NCBI GenBank assembly: GCA_951406725.2
Contig: OX597818.1
Span: forward strand, 68,448,001 to 68,512,000
DNA length: 64,000 bases
Direction: 5' to 3'
Source of the DNA: Octopus vulgaris
Taxonomy: Eukaryota
In this document: positions 26,093 through 37,711 of the stretch, one piece after another
Layout: the number at the start of each line of letters is the position of its first letter
Numbering within the stretch: position 1 is the first letter of the stretch
Translations under genes and position numbers: made by a program
Notes under the pieces: model-generated
Database searches by the model: none
Told to the model about the DNA's origin: nothing
The model's input: only the letters and a program-made list of their open reading frames with translations

Positions 26093-26460
26093 CACAGGAG
26101 TGGCTGTGTGGTAAGTAGCTTGCTTACCAACCTCATGGTTCTGGGTTCTGTCCCACTGCGTAGTACTTCGGGCAAGTGTCTTCTACCATAGCCTCGGGCC
26201 AAAAAAAGCCTTGTGAGTGGATTAGTTAGACGGAAACAGAAAAGAAGCCCGTTGTATGTTTGTGTGTCTGTCTCTGTTCCCCGCCATCACTTGGCAACCG
26301 ATACTGGTGTGTTTACGTCCTCCGTAACGTAGCAGTTCGGCAAAAGTGATTGATAGAATAAGCACTAGGCTTACAAAGAATAAGTCTTGGGGTCGATTTC
26401 TTCGACTAAAGGCGGTGCTCCAGTATGGCCACAATCAAATGACAAAAGCAAGTAAAATAA
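26093..26460 (+). mobile_element. SINE family 1
   Basis: TGGCTGTGTGG / GGTTCTGTCCC boxes, full body and tail. Confidence 0.88.
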
Positions 26461-26489
26461 TATAGAGACATAGAAGAATAGATACATCG

Positions 26490-26855
26490 TAGTGGCTCTC
26501 TGACGGTTACGACGATGAGGGTTCCAGTTGATCCGATCAATGGAACAGCCTGCTCATGAAATTAACATGCAAGTGGCTGAGCACTCCGTAGACACGTGTA
26601 CCCTTAATGTAGTTCTCGGGGAGATTCAGCGGGACAAATCTGGCCCTTCGAAATACAGGTACAACTGAAACAGGAAGAATGGGAGAAAGTTGTGGTGAAA
26701 GAGTACAGCAGGGTTCACTACCACCCCGCTGCCGGAGCCTCGTGGAGCTTTAGATGTTTTCGCTCAATAAATACTCACAATGCCCGGTCTGGGAATCGAA
26801 ACCACGATCTTACGACCATGAGTCCACTGCCTTAACTATTTGGCCATTGCACCTC
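26490..26855 (-). mobile_element. SINE family 2 (head + middle X + tail A)
   Basis: Reverse match to the copy at 2026. Confidence 0.85.
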
Positions 26856-27631
26856 CATAATAGATACATAAATATACAGTTAATTTGTTTGGAATATATG
26901 TTTGATGTATTTGTGAGGAAATGTATATATAACCATATATACATTTATATATAACCATATATATCCACTCTGAAATTCTCTTATTTGTATGCATGAATAT
27001 ATACAACTCAAAATATACACACAAACACACTCACTTGTAAACTCATAGATGTGTGCGTGTGTGTGTGTGTGTATGAGTTTGTGTGCAAGAGCATGTGCTT
27101 TTGTGTTTATGTATGTGTATACATATATATATATATATATATTATATATGCATATATATATACATACATATATGCATATATAAATATATATATGTCATGT
27201 GCATATATAGGAGCACATATATATATATATGTTTGAACACACCCCTACTGAAGCATTCATATTCTTACCACCCCTTATATAAACATATACGTATATCCAT
27301 GCATGATTTTTGCTGTATATTTATCCGTATATTTCTACACACACACACACACACACATACACACACACACACACACACACTCACACACACGAGCATGCTG
27401 TCACATTCACACACATCTTGTGCCTCCGCATTCCACACGTCTTTGAAGAAACTCTCAACTTACTCGTTATGTGGTTATTAAATTCCTAATCAATAAATAA
27501 ATATTTTTCCTTTGTGATACAAAATTCACTGACAATGAATATTTATCATAATTTTTCAAATCTGATAAAATTGTGTTCCTGTGTGTGTTTGTGTATGTGA
27601 ACATATATGTGTGTGTGTGTATATGTATATA

Positions 27632-27667
<36 letters not shown>

Positions 27668-28837
27668 TGTATGTATGTATGCATGCATGTATGTATGTAT
27701 GTACGTATGTATGCATGTATGTATGTAAATGTATATTTGAGGATGTATATGGGTATATCTATGTATTCGTCTATGTATGATTGCGTGGTTGTGTCATTAT
27801 GAAATATGCGTATGGCTGCAAAGTCTGTATTAAAACTCTTATACACCTATTGATGCGAAAACCATAATGTTGGAACTGCAAGAATTGTCAAATATGGTAA
27901 AAATCATAAACAATTCCTGTAAAAATGACTCATTTATTCTTAGAAATCAAAACATTAATATTAATTACTCGTTTTGTTTTACATTTTTTTTGTTTTGTTG
28001 TTCATGTTGTTCTTATCGATATTGTTGTTGCTGTTGGTATTGTTGTTACTTTTGATGTTGCTGTTGTTGTTGTTGTTGATGTCAGGTCGTTGTTATTTCT
28101 GATGTTATAATATTCTCTTATTGTTGACAACATTATTAGCAGAAGGCGTAAGGCTCCTTATAACATTTAGTTTTCGTCACTCGTTACATTCAATGTTCAA
28201 ATACAGTTGTTACCAATTCTATGGTTCCTGCTATTTACTTGCAATATAATCCTGAAAACTCTTATCTTGGAGATCATAGAAACACATTTCGCGTCTTTGT
28301 TTTAAAACCTGAAATATATATACTAATTACATAAGTACTAATTACGTGAATACTAATTACATCGCTGTTGGTGTTGTGGTTTCCCAATGATTAGCAAGAA
28401 ACTCTAGGGAGAGTGGAATGGCAGAAGGTTTTCAGAAAATAAGCCCCACCGCCCACTCAGACATGTATTTTGGCCTTTAACTCCTTAACTCTAAGGAAGC
28501 TGGCCCACATCCGTGTCATGACTCTTTGATGCTTCTCCGCTGCCGCCTTTGAATCTGCGTCTTCCTGAGTGATCAACATATCCCAGAACAATAACGATCC
28601 CTTTGGGGGGCACAAATTAAATGTAGAATAAATCAGATCTTCTGAAATTCAGATTTATTCCTTCTTGACCAAAAATTCAAAGTGAACAGAACAGCTTCAA
28701 CTTAAAAGTAAAATACAATTTAAATTTGTGGTTGGGACTATGGCTACGATGAGTGTGCCTCGTGGATGTCACAGATGGAGTGTTTCATTTGTGTCTCTTT
28801 TGCAGTATGTTTTACTATCATCATAATCTTCAGTTGT

Positions 28838-29175
28838 GAAGGCGCATAGCTCAGTGGTTAGAGCGTCGAGCTTATGATCATGAGGTTGTGAGTTCGATTC
28901 CCGGACCGGGCTGCGTGTTGTGTTCTTGAGCAAGACACTTTCATGTTGCAAGACACTTTCATGATCTCCAGTTAACTCAGCTGTAGAAATGAGTTGCAAC
29001 ATCTGTATCGGCCCCTTTGCCTTTCCCTTGAATACCATCAGTGGTGCAGAGAGGGGAGTGTGGTATACATGGGCGACTGCTGGTCTTCCATAAACAACCT
29101 TCCCTGGACTTGTACCTCAGAGGGTAACTTCCTAGGTGCAATCCCATGGTCATTTATGACTAAAGGGGGTCTCCA
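28838..29175 (+). mobile_element. SINE family 2 (head + CORE-like middle + tail C)
   Basis: GGCGCATAGCTCAGTGG..GAGTTCGATTCCC head; distinct 3' segment. Confidence 0.8.
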
Positions 29176-29599
29176 CTATATGTATGTATATATCTATATG
29201 GATGTATGTATATATATATCTATATATTAATCAAAGTATACACTATTATAGATTCCTTATAGCTGTTGCTATCAATCAGTTTAGCGTCGGGTATTAACTG
29301 GTTATTTATTGATTAGGATCACCAAAAAAATTCAAAACCAGAATATAATACATTTTGTCATTCATGACCGAAAGGCATCTCCACCTCCATCTTCCTTTAA
29401 TGTTTGCTTTCAGAGACAGCAAGGAACCAATGCGGTGCAGAGCTGCACCTAGCCCCAATATCAGTTTTGGCATGGTTTCCATAGCTGAATGCTTTTCCTT
29501 ACATCAAATATTTTACACTGTATACTAAACGTTCAAAACCAACATTTCATTTGAATCAGAAGGACCAGTGGCTCCAATAATTGAAGGAGACACCGCTCC

Positions 29600-29925
29600 T
29601 GAAAATTAAAAGTCGGTGTCAGAGCCATGTGGAAAGGCACCCTTGATGATACCACAGAAAAAGACTCCTGTGCCGATGCCATGTAAAAGCACCCATGCCA
29701 GTGTCACATCAGAGCACTAGTGCCAGTGCCCAATACAGGCACCCAATACACACTGCAGAGTGGTTGGCATTAGAAAGGGCATCCGGCTGTAGAAACCATA
29801 GCAAAACAGACAGTTGGAACGTGGTGCAGCTCTCTAGCTGGGCAGGTCCTGTGAAACAGTCCAACCGATGCCAACCTGGAAAATGGATATTGACAGATAA
29901 GGATGATGTTGATGGTGGTGGTGGT
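29600..29925 (+). mobile_element. RTE-tailed repeat (family 4)
   Basis: GAGTGGTTGGCATTAGAAAGGGCATCC..GTCCAACCGATGCCA..(GAT)n. Confidence 0.7.
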
Positions 29926-29944
29926 GGTGATAGTTTATATGATG

Positions 29945-30232
29945 GGAAACACCTAAAGCTCTACGTGGCTCCAGCAGCGAGGTGGCGGCGAACCCTGCTC
30001 TACTCTTTCACCACAACTTTCTCTCGCTCTTCCTTCCTGTTTCTCTTGTACCCGTATTTCAAAGAGCCAGCCTTGTCACACACTGTGTCACGCTGAATCT
30101 CCCCCGAGAACTACGTTAAGGGTACACGTGTCTGTGGAGTGCTCGGCCACTTGCACGTTAATTTCACACGAACAGGCTGTTCCGCTGATCGGATCAACTT
30201 GAACCCTCGTCGCCGTAAGCGACGGTGTGCCA
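29945..30232 (+). mobile_element. SINE family 2, 5'-truncated (middle X + tail A)
   Basis: Matches the copy at 2026 without the tRNA head. Confidence 0.85.
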
Positions 30233-30245
30233 CATACATATTACA

Positions 30246-30303
<58 letters not shown>

Positions 30304-30904
30304 TCCTGAATCTCTCTTTCACAGCAGTTCAACCTCCTGAAGTTTTGTTTCTCCACTACTAACCTATTTCCAGCAATTGTCATTCGAATGTAACATCATA
30401 AAGGATGTTAGACTCGAATGACAATTCCAGTAACAGCTGCACTCTACAGGAATTTATTGTGTCTGCAAATGAGAATTGTGTCAGAATAGTCTTCAAAATA
30501 GACAAAAAGACAAAATGGATGAAAGCAAAAAAGAAATTTAGCAGAGTAACAAAACAAATAACAAAACAAAAAATATATAATCATACGAATAAAGATAAAG
30601 GAAAAACTGAACAGCAGGTATCTTGGTATTTGCTTAGATCTCTGTCTAGCTTGTCTTTTTTATAATTCTCTCTCACTCCCTCTCTCTCTCTCTCTCATTC
30701 ATTAGCATATATTCATGCACATATATATGCATACATAAAAATACATACATATGCATATTATTTATATAAGTGTATGTGTATATAAATTTACAAGTGTGTG
30801 TATCTATCTATATACATGTATGTATGCATGTATTTATGAATATGCATATATGTGTGATGTATATGTATGATATATATATATATATATAAAATAAATAGTA
30901 AATA

Positions 30905-30957
<53 letters not shown>

Positions 30958-31504
30958 CATAAGTATACTTATATGTGTGTATCTGTCTATATATATATAT
31001 GTATGTATATATATATATATATATATATATGTACGATGTATGTATGCATGCACATGGATGTACATATATATTGGTGTGTATATATCTATACACACACACA
31101 CACACACAACCACGCACGCACACACACGCACACATATATGTGTGTGTGTATGTGTGTAAAGATGTTTAAAGCTACGTTTATTTTTATATATGATAATGTA
31201 GAGAACCTATCCACTGGTTTCAGTCCTCACTACATTTGTTAATTATACTCGACTAAACACATTCGACAATCACAAACAACTAACATTATGTTTCATCTAA
31301 CTGTGGGTGAGAAATGACAAATCACCTACGGCCGTTTCAGTTTGTACCCAGACATCATCAACATCTGCTTACTTTCCCTAATTACTGAAATGATTTGCAT
31401 CGTTCATATCATTGATTCCTTTGCTGATCGAGACAAATCAAGTTGTGTGAATAATGTCTTCTTTACACAGTTTGATTGATAAATTCTTTACTTATTTATC
31501 ATTT

Positions 31505-31589
31505 CTCCGGCGTAGTGGTTCAAGAGGGCGGGCTACTAACCCAAGATTTCGAGTTCGATCCCAGGCAGTGACCTTAACAAAAAAAAAAA

Positions 31590-31649
<60 letters not shown>

Positions 31650-32350
31650 TACCAAAAACATGTAATGAAAAGAAATATTACAAGTAACTGCAGAATATGT
31701 GGAGATGGACAAGAAACAATAAATCATATTATCTCTAGCTGCCCAGTCCTGGCTAAGAAGGAATATATTCACAGACATGACAGAGTTGGAACCTACATAC
31801 ATTGGAAGCTATGCCAACATTATGGAATAACAACAGAAAAAAGATGGTATAGGCACACACCAGAAAAGGTCACAGAAAACGAGAAAGCAACCATACTCTG
31901 GGATATGCCGATACACACAGATAGAGAAATTAAGGCCAACAGACCAGATATAGTTGTCAGAGATCATGAAGAAAAAAATGCTTTCTAATTGATGTATCAA
32001 TACCGGCAGATGACAACGTGTCTCTAAAAGAAATGGAGAAACTCTCAAAATACAAAGACCTGGAAATAGAGGTAACTAGAATGTGGAACCTGAAAACAGA
32101 AACAATTCCTATCATAGTAGGTGCATTAGGCATGATAAAAAAATATTCAGACAAATACATAACAAAAACACCAGGACTTACAAACACATATAACATACAG
32201 AAAATTGCACTACTAGGTCTGCACACATCCTACGCAGAACACTTTCCATACAATAACCATCAGAGCATCACAACAAATCACAGCACATACCCAAGGCACA
32301 CAGAGCTGCGCTCGGTAGTGAAGTGAAAGCACGCTATAAAAATAAAACTA

Positions 32351-32444
<94 letters not shown>

Positions 32445-32607
32445 TCATCAACAACAACAACATCGTCAAAATATGTTAGGAATGAGAATCTAGGTTCAAA
32501 ATTTTCCCCAAGACACCTGATGAAGGCTGGAGAGTACATCAGCCGAAACGTTGCGTTAACAAAAAACAAGATGAGGACAAATATACGTCAAATGTAAATG
32601 ATGTAAA
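31505..32607 (+). mobile_element. tRNA-headed SINE with internal (AAT)n and hammerhead-bearing body, split by a LINE insertion
   Basis: A box GGCGTAGTGG, B box GAGTTCGATCCC; hammerhead motif at 32512-32557; ATGTAA-type tail; imperfect flanking repeat TTATTTATCATT / TTATTTAGCAGT. Confidence 0.55.
31650..32353 (+). mobile_element. 5'-truncated Dong/R4-clade non-LTR retrotransposon (CCHC finger + restriction-like endonuclease)
   Basis: CRICG..ETINHIISSC, RHD, RPDIV..LIDVSIP..KLSKY, PIIVGALG; frameshift in the A-run near 31975; flanked on both sides by (TAA)n. Confidence 0.9.
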
Positions 32608-32817
32608 TTATTTAGCAGTGTTTATCTTTATTCCGATATTGGTGTATATTCTGTATAAAAGACTATGTCGAAGTTGGGTTGAAAGTTGCTAATGAAATCT
32701 TTGTAAATTTGGAAATCATTTCGTATGGAATTGTATTTTCATTTCATGCTAGGATCGTATAAATTGGCGGTAATTAATAATTATCCTGGGAATTTGGAGA
32801 AAATCTAGTTAAATTAT

Positions 32818-32984
32818 ATGAGTGGCTGTGTGGTAAGTAGCTTACTTACTAACCACATAGTTCCCGGTTCAGTTCCACTGCGTGGCACATTAGTTGTCTT
32901 TTACCATAGCCTCGAGCCGACCAAAACCTAGTGAGTGGATTTGTTAGGCGGAAACTAAAAGAAGCCCGTTGTATATATATATAT

Positions 32985-33045
<61 letters not shown>

Positions 33046-33300
33046 TACATACATATATATATATACATATATATATGGTGTATGTATGTTGTTTGTGTGT
33101 CCGTGTTTGTCCCCACCATCTCTCGACAATCGATGCTGGTGTATTTACGTCCCACTAAATTAGCGGTTCGACAAAAGAGACCGATAGGATAAGTACTAGG
33201 CTTACAAAGAATAAGTCTTGGGGTCGATTTGTTCGACTAAAGCGATGCTGCAGCATGGCCACAGTCAAAATGACTGAAACAAGTAAGAGTAAAAGAGTCA
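32818..33300 (+). mobile_element. SINE family 1
   Basis: Full head, expanded internal (TA)n, tail. Confidence 0.88.
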
Positions 33301-33302
33301 AT

Positions 33303-33344
<42 letters not shown>

Positions 33345-33351
33345 ACACACA

Positions 33352-33415
<64 letters not shown>

Positions 33416-33430
33416 GACGCAAATACATAT

Positions 33431-33820
33431 GCGCAGGCATGGGTGTGTGGTAAAATTTTGCTTTCCAAACACATGCTTCTGGGTTCGGTCTCACTGTGCG
33501 GCAGGGCAAATGTCATCTATTTTCACCACGGGCCATCCAAAGCCTGGCAAGTGGATTTGACAGACTGAATCTGAAGGGAGCCCATCTTGTATATATTCGT
33601 GTGCGCGCGCGCATGTGTGATTTTGTGTCTGTATTTGCTGCCCACAACTAATTGACAACTGATATTGGTGTCTCTACGTCTCTGCAACTTAGCGATTCGG
33701 CAAAAGAAACAGACAGAATATGGTCCAGGTTTTTAAAATATAAGTACTGGTGCCGATTCTTCAAGTCAGTGCCCCAACATGGCCGCAGTCTAATGACTGA
33801 AGCGAGTGAAGCGATAAAAA
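33431..33820 (+). mobile_element. SINE family 1, older copy
   Basis: Degenerate but colinear match. Confidence 0.75.
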
Positions 33821-33837
33821 ATATGCATATGTGTGTA

Positions 33838-33898
<61 letters not shown>

Positions 33899-35091
33899 AT
33901 ATAGCTACACACATACACACACGCGCACACCTGCATTATATGTGTTTTTCCGTGCTTGTGCATGTGCCCATAATTTCAGTGTGCACATATTTTGTACAGA
34001 TGTACTTGTGCACATAATGTTCATTTATATTTAACAATTTAGACGCGCCCGAATGTCCTCACATAAAACTTTTGAGGAATTAATCAGTCCACGGTGAATG
34101 CAACTTCTTGTAAAGAACCCAGGTCTTTTGTAAGGGAGACAACAATTAAGATATATTTGTGAGCAACCTTCTATAATATGTATGTTTATTTATCCCGAAA
34201 TCCCGTACAGTCCTATGTAACTTCATGCATTCTCATCCAAAATGGAGACGGCTACCAAGGTTTCATACTCACAATGGAATAATCTGAGAACATTAATTTA
34301 AATGACACTATCGTAGAATACCAAATCACAATTCCTGTTGGAACAGACATCTCAAACTCTCATGGACAACACCTGAACTCTCATGGACAACACCTGAACA
34401 GTAGTCATTTGGTTTCCAAGACATCATAAGAGATCACTTTGAAAGATCTCCAAGTTGAATGGAAGGTGACACAGTCAAATAACTGCACCCAGATGGAAGA
34501 GAAGGGTGTAACCAAACGTGAATTGAAGTGGATTGTAACCAGGAATGTATATGAAAGTTCGGTCGATAAAAAGAAAGTTATAAAACATCGACTGCAACTG
34601 TAACAGCACCGCAGGCAGAGACTTGGAAGCGGATTCGGAAACATCGCTGAGTTTCACTCACTGAAGCATGATGTTATGTCCCTTGTAAATGAAATTTACT
34701 ACAAATGGTCAAAGAAGTATGAAGCAAAAGGCTTGAATGAGATATAGACGGTTAAGCAAACTGGGTCTCACTAGACCCATCTTCTTGTTGTTGTTGTTGT
34801 TGTCTTTGTCGTCGTTTAGCATGTTTTGCTGGTCGTTAAAAAGATGGTCATATTGTTCTTTTGCTTACACCAAGGGTTGAATAGCTCAATGGGTCCAGAT
34901 CTGTTTTGAGTTCATTTCTTTCAACAGTTCTGTTGAGCCGATCGGGTTACGTTGTCCTTGAAGAAACAGCTTCTAGAAATATGTATTGAACACTCAGCCA
35001 TCACTTGTGTAAGTGACGATGACTCGTTAACATGTTTCATGCTTTTCACTTCCCATAAACATCGTTATAGTTATGAGCGAGCATCTCTCTC

Positions 35092-35174
<83 letters not shown>

Positions 35175-36136
35175 TCCTTCTAATTCTATTACTTCATGTT
35201 TGTTATCACTCACTCCCATGTGGCACACTCGCTCCTCCTCCTACTCTTTCATACCACATGATTTCCATCAACAAAGACTCTGCCGTTTCTTTTCTTCTCA
35301 GAATGTCGAGACATTCGAAACTCTTTCCAAAAGTTCATTCCAAGATGCTGATGTGCAGCCGTCAAAGCCAGACAGGAGCAGCACCAACCAGTCTGGAACA
35401 CACTCTAAAGGCCATAGTATTGTTTACTTAATACTAAGAAGAAATTGGCTTGGTTTCACAAACGAAAACAAATGGCGGTTTGCTGGGGGATAACGCGGCC
35501 AGTACAAGACAAGCAAGCACGGTCACACAAACTAGAAGGAGAAAATCTATTCTGGTCACGAGACAATCTGTTCTGGTTTCTTACTCAGCGTCAGTTGTGC
35601 ATGTAATCTCGAAAGAGAACATCAATCGATGAATGGGGCGTTACGGATCTTTATGACTGGAAGTTATAGTAGACCGCTGATGATAAAGTGACAAACACGG
35701 AAATATTCCTTCGGGAGACTTCTTGTGCTTAGCGTATTTGAACATTCGCCACACAGTAAAGTCCTTGGGAAGACAACATTCAAGAAACGCGCTTTAGCCA
35801 ATACTGTTGCGGGTTTAATAGCTTAACTATGATACTAATGATTTCTGACTTCGAAGGCTTCAGTATTATTATAAAAGTGACTCCAGTGGATGGTGAGGCT
35901 GGCGGGAGGAAGAATCCAGCTATTTGAAGATTAGAAATGAATTAGATCAGTTTCTGGCAAAAGTACTGTAGTAGACATAATTAAATCATCTTTCATAAAG
36001 TCACCTTATGTCTTAGTATAATTTAATTTCAAAATCCTAAATTAGAAATATGAGAACTCACCTGTGCTTTAAATGAACGAATGTCATTAAGAACTGGTAG
36101 ATAACTACTACTACTACTACTAATACTACAAGCAGT

Positions 36137-36195
<59 letters not shown>

Positions 36196-36680
36196 CATGC
36201 GCTACAACAGCGCGTCACTGCATCCACTATGTATTAGTGATTCCCTGGGTGGATGACATCTTTGCATCACTCAGGGGACAACCCTCAGCCCATGGGCGTC
36301 TGCCTGTGTAAGTAGTTGCTGGTGAGAGTTTTACGAGGTCAGAGTGCAAATCCCACCCCAACCCCCATTTAGTCACCTTTTACGACAAGTAGGGGACACG
36401 TTGGGTCTACTCTGCGACACACCGATCCTCACACAGCACTGGACTAACGTGAAATGAAGTGTTTTACTAAAGAACACAACTCACCGCACAGTCCGGCAAT
36501 GGATCCCACGATCCGGCAATCATGGATGCAACATATTAACCACACCTTCACATTAAGGTCACTCGCCGTCATACTAGGTAACGCGCCTTCACCTAGTAAA
36601 TGGCTTTATTCGAATTAACCTATACTTTATTTTGCTTCTAAGAAACTCTGGTATTTTAGCTTCTAATTTTTTCTCTCTTT

Positions 36681-36715
36681 CTTTGAAGAAGGACAGATGC
36701 CCGAAACGCATGATG
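36681..36715 (+). ncRNA. Decayed hammerhead-like motif
   Basis: TTGAAGA A GGAC-AGAT-GCCC GAAA CGCA; core and stems damaged. Confidence 0.3.
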
Positions 36716-37667
36716 TTTTACTCCTCACAGCATATAAATCCATTGTAATTTATCTTTGTGTTATAAACTGATAATGGATTCACTTTTTCTGACGCTTATT
36801 AACACTACATTCCTTGGATTGCAGATTTAACCAAACTACACTTCACTTGCTTCCATGTACAAAACTAGCTACAAGGGGATTAACTTGAAATTTCTAAAGA
36901 AATACAGAATAAAAGATAATGGACGTTGATATAGAATAAAGGGTTAATGATACCTAAGAATAATAGAATATATTTAATCTATAGCTGTTAATTTTTCATT
37001 ATGTTAAGCAAGAATGTATTCAGGAATTCCAGCTGCTTCTGTTCTTTTGAACATAGACATTAAGTGATTTAAATAACATTAATTTATCATATTCGAATAA
37101 TTTAAGAGATTTCTGAGCTGTTAACTCTGTATTGAAGTATTCACAATGAAGCCAACACACAGAAACAAATACATAAATAGTTACAAACAGACTTTCAGAA
37201 TTCCTATTTCTCATCTACGAACACACAAACAGCCGGGAAACCTATGTAAACATTTATTGTCAGTTTAATGTATTTAGAATGGAGCACTTAATTCAGGCAT
37301 ATTTTGTGAACATGTGACAACACAGTTTGTGTGATGAATTCGTTTGTATGTTGTAGGGAGAAGTGGAACCCCACGGCATAGATTTAAACAACTCAAACCA
37401 CCGCTGGTTTTCGCGGAACTGTAGATTATACATAACACTATCGTCATTTAATCAGTTCAGCGTTGGAAAGTTCCCATTTCAGTGTAAGACATATTGCAGT
37501 AATTTTATCGTGAAACGGATAAAACTGTTGTGCACTTTTGATTTCGCGTTCGATCCTTGAACAAACATCTTTATAGCAGCTTCGTTGGTGTGAAAACCTT
37601 ACGGGTAAAATTCTATAGATCGAAACTGCTGTGAAATTATGTTTTAAGCGCGCGCATATGCGTGTGT

Positions 37668-37711
<44 letters not shown>

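Noticed and set aside
28838-28910. tRNA gene calls for tRNA-like heads here and at 2026, 31505, 56860
   Set aside because: A and B boxes are present, but I could not build a complete cloverleaf and they continue into SINE bodies.
30450-30617. 168-nt open frame bounded by AG and GT
   Set aside because: A-rich low complexity, weak splice sites and no recognisable domain.
34366-34398. Short tandem duplications here and at 10540, 15060, 28930, 47765, 61282
   Set aside because: Ordinary replication-slippage duplications.
35300-35493. Acceptor-like TTTCTTTTCTTCTCAG followed by an open frame
   Set aside because: No convincing donor and no protein similarity; compatible with chance.
37572-37633. 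Possible pre-miRNA hairpin (TATAGCAG..CTGCTGTG)
   Set aside because: Only the basal ~12 positions pair; the upper stem is unpaired.
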